Positions 1 through 14,400 of a stretch of DNA of 64,000 nt are shown one piece after another. Source of the DNA: Setoptus koraiensis (taxonomy: Eukaryota; Animalia; Arthropoda); the NCBI GenBank assembly GCA_048013815.1, contig CM106586.1:21328001-21392000 (forward strand). The letters are read 5' to 3'. The position numbers and the translations under genes were made by a program. The stretch's first letter is position 1, and the number at the start of each line of letters is the position of its first letter. The notes beneath the pieces were generated by a model that saw only the letters and a program-made list of their open reading frames with translations, did not search any database and had not been told where the DNA came from.

Positions 1-688
1 TCCTATAAAAGGGATAAGCGTCCATTATGTAATGATATATATCGTTTAATGTGAGACATTGTGACGGCGAATCGTGTATGGCTTTATAGATTAAGCTAAT
101 ATAGGACAAACTCGGTTTAGCCAATCCTGACCTCATGTTGTTGCCGGTCGATTGTTGTTGTTGTTGTTGTTGTTGTTGTGTTGCCGCCACTGTTGCTGGT
201 GTTGTTGTTGTCGCCGGTGTTGATGCTGTTGTTGTTGCGATTGTTGTTGGTGTTGTAGCAATAGTTGGTGTTGTTGCCGTAGACAATGTGCTGCCTGTTG
301 GTGTAAGAGATGGCTTTAATTCCAACGGTGTCAACGTTGATTGGTTGTTGTGATGCTGATGTTGAATGTTGTGGTGGTGGTGATGGTGGTGGTGGTGGCT
401 GAGGAATTGTTGTTGTTGTTGTTGTTGTTGTTGATGATTAGTTGTTGTGGTTGTTGATTGGGCCGCCGCTGCTGCTGCTGCCACCGCTAATGCTGCCGCC
501 GCTGCTGCCGTCGATTGCGCACTTGTGTTTACACTTGGTACTAACACCTGATGCTGATGTTGTATATGATGATGATGCAATTGCGATTGCTGTTGGTGTA
601 GTTGCGAATGTTGTTGTTGTTGTTGATGCTGCTGCTGTTGGTGAGGATAGAGTTGATGTTGTTGTTGATGCAACATTAAATTGGTCAT
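1..688 (-). CDS. Forkhead-box transcription factor, FoxA/fork head-like, 3'-partial (runs off window edge)
   Basis: Frame checked open from ATG at 688 to base 2 (229 codons). N-terminus [10 protein letters not shown]... is Q/H/T/A-rich. It ends in [39 protein letters not shown], which aligns to forkhead helices 1-2 (FoxA-type KPPYSYISLITMAIQ...LTLSEIYQFIMDLFPFYR). Confidence 0.92.
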   Translation of the reverse strand, partial: MTNLMLHQQQHQLYPHQQQQHQQQQQHSQLHQQQSQLHHHHIQHQHQVLVPSVNTSAQSTAAAAAALAVAAAAAAAQSTTTTTNHQQQQQQQQQFLSHHHHHHHHHNIQHQHHNNQSTLTPLELKPSLTPTGSTLSTATTPTIATTPTTIATTTASTPATTTTPATVAATQQQQQQQQQSTGNNMRSGLAKPSLSYISLIYKAIHDSPSQCLTLNDIYHYIMDAYPFYR

Positions 689-704
689 GTTGTGTCCGCT
701 ACTA

Positions 705-744
<40 letters not shown>

Positions 745-1756
745 TTGTTGTTGCCGCTAGTCGCGCTACTCACTAATTACCTACTACGGGCTGCCACCAA
801 CTGCTGCTATCGATTGTGTCTAATTACTTGGTGGTGGTGCCGATCTAGACAAATACTCGTGTGTGTCAACTTGATCTCTCTCTCGCTCGCCGCTTTCTAT
901 AACTTAACGCCAATTGTGTGATAATGCTGCAAAGGTCTATCTGAGACTGAGGCAAATAAACAATGAACAGTAAACAGTGACACTCTCCAGTTTGCCAGCA
1001 AGTCAGTCTAACATCCAGTCAACAGCAACAATCGCGACGACGACGACGACGACGACGACAACAACAACGACACCGCACAATTTTATACACCGATACGATG
1101 GCAAGTTTTGCGCATTGCGCATGCGCTCAACATTCAAATATTCAAATGAACGCTGCGCGTTGGCCCATTGGCGCTCGCTAGTGGCGCCATCTCGGGACAA
1201 CTGGGCAAGCGCGCCAGTGTCCGAAGCGTGCATGAGTCAGTTGTCAGTGCGTTGATCTGCGTATACGATAAATACGGTACATGATGATAATTTTACATAC
1301 TGTAGCTATTGCCAATTGGCAATTATCGCAAATAATGGTGAATAAACGATAATGATAAATAATAAACAACCGTTATCCGTTGCACTGTCTGGCGCAAACA
1401 CAGCGCCGGACATTGGTCGCAGCAGCGGTCGCAAACGACAAGCCTGCCAGCGACGAGCCTGCCAACGACAAGCCTGAAAGGGACGATTCTGAGAGAGGAG
1501 CACAATTGTGAAAGCGACAATCCTGAAAGAGATAGAGTCTCGAGAGTGTAATTAGAGTGTGACGCTCGGGCAACGTTGCCATTGGAGCAGTCCGGCCACC
1601 GTTGGACGGTTGGTGTAGATTTTTATCATTAACACTCTCGCAAATGCTGGCTAATCTCTAATCCAGGCTGGTGTCGTGCTGGCATGTTTGCCATTGTGTT
1701 TGTTGTGGCCAACAGGCGATTTTCGATCGCGCTCGGCCGTTATTTGCGGTTGTTGT

Positions 1757-1793
<37 letters not shown>

Positions 1794-4086
1794 CAAGTTT
1801 CGACGTACCGTCGAGTAAATAAAACAGATTCACCAGTGTGTGACATATTGTGTGCAACAGCAAACAGTTGTCTGCGTGCTAGGTGAAACACTTGCTGTCG
1901 CGACAATCGCTGAGATACAACGCGCCGTGTTGTATCTCAGCGCAAACAATTACTGTGGCCAAGCAATGGGCAGCAGCATCATGACAAAGCAGCGTCACAT
2001 GACCACTGGCTGACACCAGAGCCGCCGCTGACCAATTGTATCCAGTTTAATCTACTTGACGCTAGATATCGTGATTGCTCACATTTATACTCATTTGTAT
2101 GCATATAAATAGATGCATAGATAGCAATACAAGTGTGTACAGCCAATAGCATGCAACAGAATGCAATTAGATCGAGCCGATCGATATAGCAACAACACAA
2201 AGCTGCTTGGTATGGTTTTAATACAATAATAATGGCGCATACAACAACAATAGATATGGTGGGTTTGCATGCAACTAGTTGGTACCAATCACAAGCTTGT
2301 CATGACAAGTCTATCGATATACACGAGTGATACAATCACTACGACTAACACTTGTAGGCGCTCACTAGAAAGTGTGCGACAAGTGACAAGGCGACGTCTA
2401 AGACGACTAATTGACTAATTACAGTTGTCGCTAATCTGGCCAGGACATCGGGCTGCATCGTGCACGGGCTCGATGGGCCACTTGTTAAACTTGAACTTTA
2501 ATTAGCGTAATTAGTTGTGTGCGTATAATGTGTGATGTGATAATATGGTCGGGCTGTCGAAAGTTCAAGTGAGGTGACACAGCTCGACACAAGCACAATC
2601 GTCTAAATATCACCAATCATCATCATCGTTGTTGTTGTTGCTTTTGCTGCTGATATGATGGCTGATATGTGTTTTGTTGTTGTGTGTCTGTTATTAATAC
2701 ATATAGTAATAATATCGCTCGCTCGCTCGCTTGTACAATATGGATTTGTGATATCAACCACACTCATTATCTTGATAGTCGGAGATAGCCAGAGATAGCT
2801 GGCTGGCTGGCTGGTGTGTGGACACAGCTTGCGTGCATGACGTGGATGGTCGTCGCAGGCAGCTACAGTCGTGTGTCGCCGGCTCGTACATGGCTGTACT
2901 CGGACCCATTATGATTTGGCAGCATATATATAAATATGCTGATATTTTGCGTGTTTTTGTTAATATTCGGATATTACTATGTTTGATATAGTATATTACT
3001 ACTAGGTCACTGCTAGGTTGCTGCGCGCTGAGCGCTGACAGCACTAGGTTAGGTCGCCAACCAATGGTTGTTGTTGTTGTTGTTGTTGGCTGGTGCGCGG
3101 CGAGCTATCTAATCTATCCAATTTGTTTGATCAGGCGCTCGCTGCTGTCGGTGTGGTTGCCGCTTGTGGTTGTGATGTGTTTGGTGGTGGTGGTTGTGGT
3201 TGAACTTGACTATGAGCAGTACAATCACCAACTGTTCATTGTGTCTATCTCGTCGTCAGACAGATGACACAATAGCAGCAGGCACTGACAGCGGCGATGA
3301 TATTATCGGCTCATCTGCACTTTATCCCTCTCTATTTGTTTGTGTTGTGCGCTATGGTCCAGGGCCACAGTTGGCACTTGTTACACTGTTTGCCCTGTGC
3401 CATTTGGCGTACATCGCTTGGCGTGTATCATTTTGCGTACAACGCAGTCTGTCGTTGTATCGTTTGCCAGTTGCAAACAATGAGCAGCAGCAACAACAAC
3501 AACAACAACAACTACAAGTGCTACAGGGCCAATCATTTCGATGACGCCAACTAGCCGGCCCAAAAGTGGCACAAACAACAGCCAGTGACCAGCCGGCCAA
3601 ACAACTGCCGGTTTGCTGACTGTCTGGCCGACGCGCCACTTGTTTTGTTTCAATTAATAACAGCCGACAGCTGCACGCCAATTGACAAAACGACAAAACG
3701 ACAAAACGCGCCTAAAAACGCAGCGACTTGCAAGCGCAAACAAAGAACAACAACAACAATACATGATACAATTATGGCCGCCTCAGCACCAATCAAAACT
3801 AATTAATAGCTAGACAGCGCTAGTAATTAGATTGTGATTGTTGTAGCCAGTGTTTGTGTGTGCCATTGTTGTGCCGATTTAACCGATAAGCTGGTTGCCG
3901 ATAGTTGCACTTGATACTGTCGAGTTGATACCGTCGAGTCGATACTGGCGACTCGATACCAGCCAGTTGATCCTGCCAAGTGTTGATGGGCACATGTGCG
4001 CATTGCTATAGCCTGAACGCATGAACGCGACAGCAGTTGAGCGCCCGAAGGCAAAAATAATCGCATAACAACGCACAATAATGCAT

Positions 4087-4200
4087 AAAAACGGACTAAA
4101 ACGGACTATAACGCACGAAAACGGACTAAAACGCACGAAAACGCACGATGACGCACGACAACGCACGAAAACGCCTGAAAGCGCTTAGAAACGCACAGAC
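4087..4200. repeat. 10-bp minisatellite (AAAACGSACK-like)
   Basis: About 11 degenerate units: aaaacggact, aaaacggact, ataacgcacg, aaaacggact, aaaacgcacg... Confidence 0.8.
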
Positions 4201-7200
4201 AGCGGAGCGCATGAACGCATGAACGCGACGACGAGATGCGACAAAAAGATATATATAGACGATTTGTTGCCATTATTTGCCCTATGTGGCCTTGTCGCGA
4301 TTGCCATATCGCGCGTCAATTGTCAATTGTGGTTGCATTGGGCCAATTGTGCGCGCTTTTGCCTATAGCGTCCATTTTCGTTTGTGTTCGCCCTAACACA
4401 GTCAGTGTTAAGGCGAATGCTAGATAATGAGTCGCTGCTTTTTGGCTCAAGTGCTGGCAATAATCGATCAAGTGGCTCGCAAAAATCATTTGTCTGGCGG
4501 TGGCTCGATTACGTAGTGTGTGTGTTGGCAGTGATTGCATTGCAGCCGTGGCCGCGACAGTAATCGTCGAGTCTCACGACACCCAAGACGCTTTGTGAGA
4601 CGATGACGACAATGGGCAAAGTTGACATTGTTGCCAATTGCTCTGCGCCTACTAATGCTACTAATACCAATTAATAAAATGGCAACCATCACAACAATAA
4701 TTTGCCCCTCTTGCGTGACTTTTGAACGTCTGTGCACTTGTGCAGTCATTACACAGCACGTATTAACAATTGCAAGTATAAGTGAGGTTCGCATGTGATT
4801 GGCGATAGAGTTCACAGCGACGCGCCGCCCACAATTGACGTGGCCCGATTTGTTGCGTGGGAGTCACACAACAGGTCGTGATCCGTGTGGCTGCATTATG
4901 TAACCACAGGGCATTACTATATTATGTAACTATAATGCATTATGCAACTAGAATGCTCGGCATTGTGGGCTCAACTTGCTGCGACCTTACGCGACAACGA
5001 AAGTGTCATACACTCACCACCCACTCGGGATTGCAAGTGGCCGCCATGCTGCCAATTGCTGCTTGCCATCTACGGCTCGTATCCGCTGAACGTATGAACG
5101 CAATGTATACGAGCCGCCATAAGCGACTCACACTTGTCGGCACCCTGGCGGCGGCTAATCCGGCAATTGGGCAACACTAGCAATCAGTCGCCAACTAGCG
5201 ACTGAGCTGCCGGTAATTTCCATATCCACCGATATGACACGGCTGGCTTCCGAGTTCGACCGCCAGCAAGCCATGATACAATTAACGATCAAACTAGCGA
5301 CTAGAGCATGTCATAATTGCATTGCAGCGACAATGCAATTGTATTGTCACTCGACATCACTCGCGTTAATCTCGCTCGGCAATCTCGTTGTGCAGTTGCA
5401 AGAGTGTGTAAGCCTCGCCAGATGAACGATTACCGTTTGTTTGTATGGGTATAGCCATACAAACCAACAGGCGCATTGTACGAAACATTTCTTCGAAAGG
5501 TTGCTCATTTATTGATGGCGTACCCACCAAGCAATAACTAGCGACTGGCAAAAATTAATTGGACGACGAGTAGCATTGAATTGATTTGGTCGCACACATC
5601 ACATTTGCGCGAGTGTGATTGCGAGCCACATGATCATCGTGGTCGTAAATTGTCGACAAGTTCATTCAACTAAGGCCACCGATTCTCCACCGCAGACCAG
5701 CCCGCCAATCGGCCAGCCGGCCGCCGTTGTGACGCAACAGGCCGCTCGCCGTATCCACACATTACATTACGTAATATATATATATATAAATATATTACTA
5801 GTGCGATCGTTGATATTGTTGCGATGATTTATTTATGATTTTGTATCATTACTGCGCTTGTGGCAGCGCAACAACAGGCGACTTGGCTCAACAAGCGCCA
5901 ACAAGAGGCATTGATTTGCACACTGATCAACTGATGAGGTCCATGAACTTTGATCCAATATCGTGCGCTATTGTTGCGCCGACGCCACCAACAAGCTTGC
6001 TGTCGTCTGCGTTTGCGACAATTAATCGGGCCAGCAACAATAACAATAATGCCAGTTTGTCACCGTGAGCCGGCTGACACCAGGAACTAATTAATTATAC
6101 TTGATCCGCTACACTTCCTGGCGGATTATCTTTGTCTCTGGCATGGGCCGGCAGTGGCGTTGCTACAGCAACGGAGTTACTTGTTAAGCTGTTGTGTTAT
6201 GGCCTCACGAGGGCCAATGGGCCCCATGGTGGCCAATAATCGTTGCGGGCCGCATCGATTAAATTCAACGGTTGTTGTTGTTGTTCAATTAAAGGGGTGT
6301 CCGGTGTTCGCTTCCTCTGTTCCTGTGTCTCGGGACATGCTGCTCAGGCTGAAGAAGTGGCCCGACACGGCCAACAAAAACACTAGAAACAAACCATGGC
6401 CCTTATATCGCCTCTATTAAAACTATTATGTTATAATAGAGGCGGCCAATGATGGCACTTTGTCAGCCGATCGACTAAGACATATTTCCGGATCAATTTC
6501 ATCTTGTGCGCGTAATTGTCTGCGAGCCGTGTTGACATTGCAGCGCGACATGTAGTCTGCTTAAATGAGGCAGATCGTTTAAGAAACGGTAACAAGATGA
6601 GGCCTCACGAAGGTTAAAACGGTTTCACGTCAGAATAGAGTGGCTGTTGTAAAGTCATCAGCGAGCGCGTGCCGCTTGCACTTCCAGCAACCGAATTGGG
6701 CCAACCATTTTGTCATTATTGCACTCACTCGAACGACAAAATCATCGCTTCGGCTCGTGCAGCGGCGATTTTGAGTCGGCCATTTTCTCGGCCGAACCAA
6801 GGCAAAGACTGCGTCGTTTGGCGCAATTGTGCAATTGTGCAAACAGCAACAGCGCCAGCAGCGAGATTAATGATGAGGTCAAAGAAAAAGAGGGCGCTCA
6901 CTGGTACAACAACGACAACATAATAATAATAATAATAACTACACAACTAAACTCTTAATCCATTCTGCTTAGATTCAACTTTGCCAGATTATCCAGTGTC
7001 GCGCAACTGTGGCCCTTTGGGGGCCGCGCGCCGGCTTCCGGTTCGGCTTACACTCTCACAAGTCAGCGCGGCGATTGTTGGCGCACATTGTTGATGACGT
7101 AAATCTCTGCTGGTGATTGCTGGCACGTTGGCGCCATATTGCTTAGGGAGAGAGAGAGGGCGCGCGCCAGGTAAATCGGTGACAGCCAAGCAACAGTGAC

Positions 7201-9007
7201 ATAGTGAATAAGCAGTGAGCAAGCAAAGTAACGGCGATTTAATGTAAGAGAACAGAGAAGAATAAGGCCAAGATTACAAACGTAGACGTCGACACATTTG
7301 ACGACAAATATTTGCTTCTTTTCTTTGCTGGCTGCCGAGTGACTTCTCTCGTTTATTTGTTGTCATTGTTGCCTCACCCTGCGACCTGTGTTTGCATGTT
7401 GTTGCAGCGGCATCAAGTGACAAACAACAACATGGCACTGCCAAATGTGTAGCATTATGTTTGATTAACAAATAATCATCTTGGCACGAGCCATTATTTA
7501 TTTACAAGACGCACGCAAACACACCCGACTGTCGCCTTGACCAGTGGCACCTGTAACCGTGCCAAGTTGTCAATCGGGCGACGGTGTTTGTGTCAAAATT
7601 GACACAAGCCCCCTTGCCAGTGCAAACATGGGCGACCGTTCAAGTTTGCGCACAGGTTTGTTGCGGTTTTATCTAGGTTATCAAATTGTTGTTCAATTTG
7701 CATTTGCAACAACAACAATTTGCGACAACAATGACAATGTTTGCCAGATATACAAATGTTGATTGCTTTCATGCCGAGTGCGACACACGGCGAGCCGACA
7801 CACGACGGACAGACGCGTTTGGCCAGAGCAAACATTGGTGGCTGTTGTTTGGCTTGCTGTGGTTGTTGTTGTTGTTTGCGGGTTGCATCGATTATCATAT
7901 CAATAATATTGTTTAATTAACAACAACAACAACAAACAATAATCACTGCCTCACACTAGCAGCCGAAGCTAGTCAAACAGACAACCAGACGATGCATGTT
8001 GTTTTGCTTGCCAGTTACAGTTATGCCAACAACACTGTCCGTGCTAGATTAGACGCAGTACGGACATCAATTTAAATATTTGTCTTGTCATTATCGCCAC
8101 TGTTTGTCTGTCTCACTGTCTGTCCGTTACCTGAAGCAAACGGATGCAGCGTGCAAATATATGGTATGTATACAATATTGAATGAATATTTCACAACAGC
8201 AACATGTGTCCATCGTGATGCAATGTGACGCAATATTTGTTTGTTCGTCGTGCTAATCGTTGTATCGAATTATTTGCAATCTGCTCAAAATTAAGACGAG
8301 CGTCTAGAGCGTTATTGGCGTCAGTAGCGCCATTACTAATAGCCTATTAGCGCTATTTAATAGCGGCCATTAGCGTTATGAGCGGGCCCCAAGCTGCCCA
8401 AGCTACCGGACAAGCTATGGGCAATGGCGCTTTGCCAGCCAATGCAAGACGCATCATGCCAATATAAACAACATACAATGCGCCCTGATTAGGTCGCATA
8501 TCGGTATTTGCCCCGTTGGCCAGATCATTGGCGATGATCGATCGGTTGCTCGCAATGACCAATCGTGTTATAACATATAATAATAATATAATAATTATGG
8601 TTGCCGGCTAGATGTCTGGCCGGAGATGAGCGCTGAAGGAAAACAAAAATGACCTCTTCACCTTGCTCGCAGCCGCTCACCGGGTTATAGGGCGACCACA
8701 CCCGACGGGCGCCTCCGGAGTCCCGAAAACAGCGGACGAGAGGTCAATTTGTGGCCTATCGTTGGCAATGGCAGTTTGAATTTGAATTTAAATTTAAAGA
8801 CTCGAGCTCCAATTCCGACCGCTGCTTCAATTTCAATTCCGCAGGCAAACGATGACAGGCGACACCACACAGGTTATACATAAATATATAAAACACACAC
8901 ACACGCAAATTGTTTGTTGTATGTAAACAAATCCCTTCTCACCTGGCCAGGATGGCCAGTTTGGTTTGTTTGTGGCGTGGTCGTGGCTGCGAATTGCAGT
9001 TTGCAGC

Positions 9008-9088
9008 CTCACTGACAGCACCACTGACGGCACCACCGATGGCACCACCGACGGCACCACCGACGGCACCACCGGCAGCACCACTGAT
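9008..9088. repeat. 12-bp minisatellite (GCACCACCGACG-like)
   Basis: About 6-7 tandem units gcaccacYgaYg. Confidence 0.8.
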
Positions 9089-11362
9089 ATGCACACAAGA
9101 TATAAATTAAAATGTCGATGAGCGATGATATTGACGTTGACATTATTATCGCGCTGGCCAGTGCCAACAATTAGCAAACAGCAAACTGTTGACACCCAAT
9201 TGTGTCGACAAACAATTCAATTTGATTCAGCGCGGCCTGCGCGCTGCTCCAATCTGCGGGCATTGATTGATGCGATTCGATCCGATCCGATCCGATTGAC
9301 GCCGGTCAGCCCGGGCCGAGCCAACATCGAGCCAAACATGATAGCTGGCCGCTCATTTTTCTGCGGTCTTTCTGGCCCGTTGCTCGGGCCCGTCGCTCTG
9401 GCTTGACCGGCAGCCCGTGCGCCAGCGAGCCGCGCTGCGATCTGTCAGCGGCGATAAATGACACTGACACGTGATTTAACGCGTCGAAATGTTTTGCGAA
9501 ATTATTGCACGCGTTTGGTAATTATTACCCAAAAGTTGCGGTTGGCCTCCACTGGCGGCCAACTGTCAATCAGGGCCTAATCCGGGCTAAGTTTGTTTGT
9601 GCAATAGCTCAGCAATATGATTCGCTACTTTGCGGTCACTTACCTATTTACCTATTATAATACAAGTTATAATTATTTACAGTTGTCCCGAGCACAGTCG
9701 GTGCGCGCTGCCGGCCACTGGCGGGTATTATGTTGCTTGGCGCTGGCGGGACAGCGCCCGGCCAAAGTCAATTGCAAAAGTCAAACAAATCAAAAGTCGA
9801 CGCGTCATCATATCGCACACTTGGTATTTGACACAAATCGCACACAGTGAGTTGAGGCCTGACCAGTGTCCACTGGCACTGACATTGGAATGTGGCCGCA
9901 GATTACGATAAGCTTGATTGACAACATGATTGACGTTTGCCGTTGGCCCCCGTTTTGCTCCCGTTTTGCTCTCGTTTTGTCGCCTTTTTCGCCTTTTTTG
10001 CCTTTCTCGCCCACACACACACACACACACACATCATATTCGGCCGAGTGACAGCCCAGAGTCACCGAATATGTCACCTGGTGTCCGCCGCTGCCGACAG
10101 TCAAACGCCTCACATGTATATCTCATATATCTGTAGAGCGCCCCAAACGCTTGCGACAGGCTCCGCTGCCGATCCTGTTTTGGGGAGCGAGGGCCGCGGT
10201 GGAGCCAGTCCGCGAGGAACTCTACAGGTAGACGCGTGAGGCGTTATATATGGTCGCTGTTGGCGGGCTCGTCACAACTTGCCATCACATTTGCATGATT
10301 CACAAGGCCGTGTTACCTGTCGGTGCGGTCCGTTTATTATGGTCGGCCATTTAGAGTGCAAGTGTCAATTGGTCGTTTTGTTGTCGTCGCTCTCTCGCCG
10401 GCCCCGCTATCGCCCTCTAATGGGCCCATTCCATTTATTGGCCTGCAATTAATTATTTATGCCTGCAACTATGCCAATAGCCGCTGTTAGCAAACACCGG
10501 CTACTCGGCACCGCAATCCGGGCGCATTCGACCATAGGTGAGGCTCAATATACACTATTACTGTACGTACTATTATAGCGATACTGTGCGGCCGTGCGGC
10601 TATCGGCTCGAAGCCGCGCGCGTACCCCGCCCGCCCGGCCAAACGGCTGGCCCGGCATAGACCCGGGCAATCGTGTCGCATGGTCGCGGGCCGCGTAGTG
10701 GCGGGTAGCGCAGTCGCCGGCCGGCCCGCCGGGCCGCGAGCAACTACAGCTGAAACGGTCAGCGCAAACAGGCCGCTGCCGGGCCGACATTCCGGAGAAA
10801 TTGAACAGGGGGCAACCTAATGAAAAGTAGTTGTGACAAAAGTAGTCCGATCGCGCTAATTTGTTTGCATTGGCCGAGGCGCGTTGGCCGGCCCGCAGTT
10901 TGGCTTCTTTGCGCCGGGCCAATTGCACCATTTGCATGCCACCAGTTGCCATTCGTGGCGCTGCAAAATACGTGTGTGTGTGTGTTTATCTGTTGTTGTT
11001 TGAACAAGCGAAGCAACAAAATAACCGCAACAAATGAACAAATCAACAGTTGGCCAGACTGGACGCCGTTGCCGGCGTTGTTGACTTTGCGCGCCGCACC
11101 GCCGGCCCGAGCCATTGACGGGCACGATAGCAGCATATTTGAAATGCTTGCCCACCGCGAGTCAATGATAGATCGAGCCATCGCGCAGCCACGGTGGCCG
11201 GCATTTCGCAGCGGCCAACTTTATGCCGGCCGAGAATGCGACCGCCAGTGGGTAAAAGTTGGCGCAAAGTTTGCGCAAAGTTGCCCATCACAACAAACCG
11301 ACACTGCCATTTTCGCTCACTTTTCCTGGCCGTGGCCTTGCGACGCGGGCCGTCAGTTTTCG

Positions 11363-11432
11363 AGCGACGCTCGGGCGACGCTCGGGCCATACTAGGGCGA
11401 CGCTCGGGCCATGCTAGGGCGACGCTCGGGCA
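11363..11432. repeat. Four copies of GCGACGCTCGGG inside a GC-rich island
   Basis: gcgacgctcggg occurs four times, directly adjacent or separated by ccatRctagg. Confidence 0.75.
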
Positions 11433-14400
11433 ATAACCGGGCGATCCCGTCCGCGAGATACATGTGGAGAGATATTGTGGCACCCGGTCGCCCCGGCAAC
11501 AGGGTCCGCCCGTGCGTGTATTATCGTGCCAGCGCGACATGGTGTGCGCGGCAAAAATTGCGGCCCCAAACGGCGCCGGAGTTGTCGCTGTTTGTTTGCG
11601 GCCGGCGTCGCGCTCCGCTCGGGCAAAAGCGCCGCCGGAGTGTGCCCGACAGCGCCTATAATGGCTCGCGGGCCGCCAGCCATTATAGCCGGCCAAAAGA
11701 CAAAGGTGCCGATGGTATCATCGGCGTCATTTATTATTGTGGTCTGCCAACAAAGTTAATTTACTACAATTGGCAATTGGCAGCCGGTTGTAAAGCGCTC
11801 GCTGCCGGCGCTCTTTGGGCGGCCCCTTTGGCTTTGGGTCGGCCGCGGGCTCTCTGTTTTTTGTTGGCTGTTGTCGTCGTCTGCGGCTGCAGGAAGCGGC
11901 CGCAGCAGACGATTGGCGAGCGGTCAGTTGTGTTTGCCTAGCAGGTTGTTGCTCTCTGTCCGACTGTGTCGCGCTGCCAATCTCGCCATCTGACCGATGG
12001 CCGGCCGGCCAGCCGACCGGCCAGTCGAGCGACCGCGTCTAGCCCGACCACCGCGGTGCCGGGCCACAAGTAGAAAGTGGTGGTCGCAGCCACAAGTGAT
12101 CTCATCATCAAGTCAAATATTAACATCATAAAAGAGACGCAACGCATTCTCCGCTGTCGGTCAGCCTATAATGAGCAGCGCGAGCATCATGTTGGCATAT
12201 CATCAAACAGGCTGTCATTGTCGCTGTCGTCGTGATTGCTGTTGCTCGTTTGATTGTGTTGACCTCGAGCGAGCATTACCGACAGCCGAAGCTTGTACAA
12301 CAACGACAACAACAACAAGTGGCTGCCCAGAGATGAGTCAAGAGCCGAACGGCAACTGTTGATTGTGGCGGCCGTTGATGAGCTTGTCTGAATTAATATA
12401 ATATTTAATATCTGCCGGCCGTGGCTAGCCCGCGATGTGCGCTGTGAACGATTTGTAAATATTGATCTTGTTGCTGGCTTCTATTTGTCAACCTCTCGAA
12501 CTTGATTTCGCTGGCTCGGTCGCTACGAGTTGCACCTCGCGACTCGTCCTAAGAGCGTCATTCCTGTTCGACGCTCATTGGAAAAAGTTGAAAAATTCTG
12601 AAATGCCCAAAATGCTCAACGGCATCCAATGGCCGGGCTACCGTTTTTACATTTTTGGCCTGTGTGTTGGTCCACTACTCAGCCAGTTATATCAATAGAC
12701 AGCAGCAACAAATTGACCTTTGTTTCAAATGGCGGGCGACGCGGCGCGGCGCGTTATCCGGCGAGCGCCAGTTGGCTCAGGGGATAATTACATGGTCAAC
12801 AGGGCCATGTGCGCCTGGCCAGACTGTGCAGATTCCGCACTATGGGTCGTCTATTTGAGTTTGCTGTCGCAGTGTGCGTTTGTGCAAACACTGCCAACAG
12901 CCAATTGGTGCCCCAGTTCGCGCGAGCCACTGTCCGGCCGACTCTCGGCAGACGAGGCGAAATGGCATTGCGGATCGCGGCCCATCCGCACCTTTCCAAT
13001 GGCGGCGCTGGTGGTGCCAAAAAGTCTGTCAATGACTCATTGCCGGTGAATGGCGGTTGCAATCAACTGTCACTACAGCCAGAAGACCAAAATGAATAAT
13101 GAGCCGGCCCATATAGGTTTGTCGTTTGGCCGGGCCACTTTCAAGGGCGTGATCGCGCCAGCGACGTCGCCGTCAATAATGCATGCCACACAAACTAATG
13201 GTGGCCCTCTCTGAATCCCCCTCTGAAGATACTACTTAACTCAAGTATATACTCCGCAAATGGTGTGTTTGCCGATAAACGTGCGCCACTGGAAACTATA
13301 GGCCGCTTGCGTTACTTGCGAACCAAGCGGCCAAAATGCGGCTCGTCTACCGCCGGCCCGGCCGTTTGCCGCTGGCGAGTGGTCATATCCGTTCGCCGGA
13401 GTGAAACACTTTGTGTGTCGTGACTGTTAACTTTATGTTGGTGTGTGTGACTTCTTCTCGCTTTTCTTCTCACTACTGTCACTGTGTGACCATGGGGGCC
13501 AAATATTCTTTAGCCACTTTGGGCAAACTTTTGGCCAACGAGCGCAGCAACTAAGCGCAAAGCTAAAGTTATAAAGGGACCAACTTATCGACTAGAAATA
13601 TGTGTTGCCGCGCCGCGCCGTCAATTGCGGCCGCGTTAGCGATGCGCCAGCATAACGGCAATGATGGCAATGGTCTCCCAAATGGGGTGCTTCCAATCTA
13701 CTTGTTTGTTTAAATGTTGCAGAGTAAACAGACTCTCTCGTTAGTGGTTGGCCCTAACGTCGTCCACAAACCGAGAGTGCCTTCCAAAGACCACCAGAGA
13801 GAGAGAGAGAGAGAATATCACTCTATTTGCTTATAATCGCCAACATGTAAAACGTATACGTTATAAGACGCGCGTTGTAAGCGGCGTCCACGCCAGCGCC
13901 GATTATATCAGCGACGCACACATTACACAGTGTGTCAACAGCCTCCTTTTGGGCCTCACTCCACTGTCCACTGTGGCCCCGCTGCCATCCCGTAGATGCT
14001 AGCTGGAGTAGATATCTAACTGGCTCGTATATTCGCCCCTTCTCCGTCGGTGCATCTCCGGCGCAACAGATACGTGTTTGAGGTAAATTATCAATCAATT
14101 ATTATGCGACAGTTGGCCCTGACTGCCGCTGACAATGTGCCTATGTGGGGGAGCCTATAAACGATGAACGCTATCATCGGGCCACATCACAAGCCAATAT
14201 CGTTATATATCGTTTATGAGTTGGCGACCATAGACACGAGGCTTATCATCATATACATTGTAAGAGCCTATCATTGTGTGCTGACAAACCAAGTGTGTGC
14301 AATATTGTTGTTTTCCGTTGGTCGCCCCGAGCCGCTCACCCTGAGCGTGCTCACTCTCTCTATCCGACCGGGCCCAAAACAAATAGTATTCTTGCTACAA

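Noticed and set aside
135-921. Plus-strand V/C/L-rich ORFs 135-353 and 442-921
   Set aside because: Antisense shadows of the CAA/ACA-rich Fox coding sequence and adjacent microsatellites.
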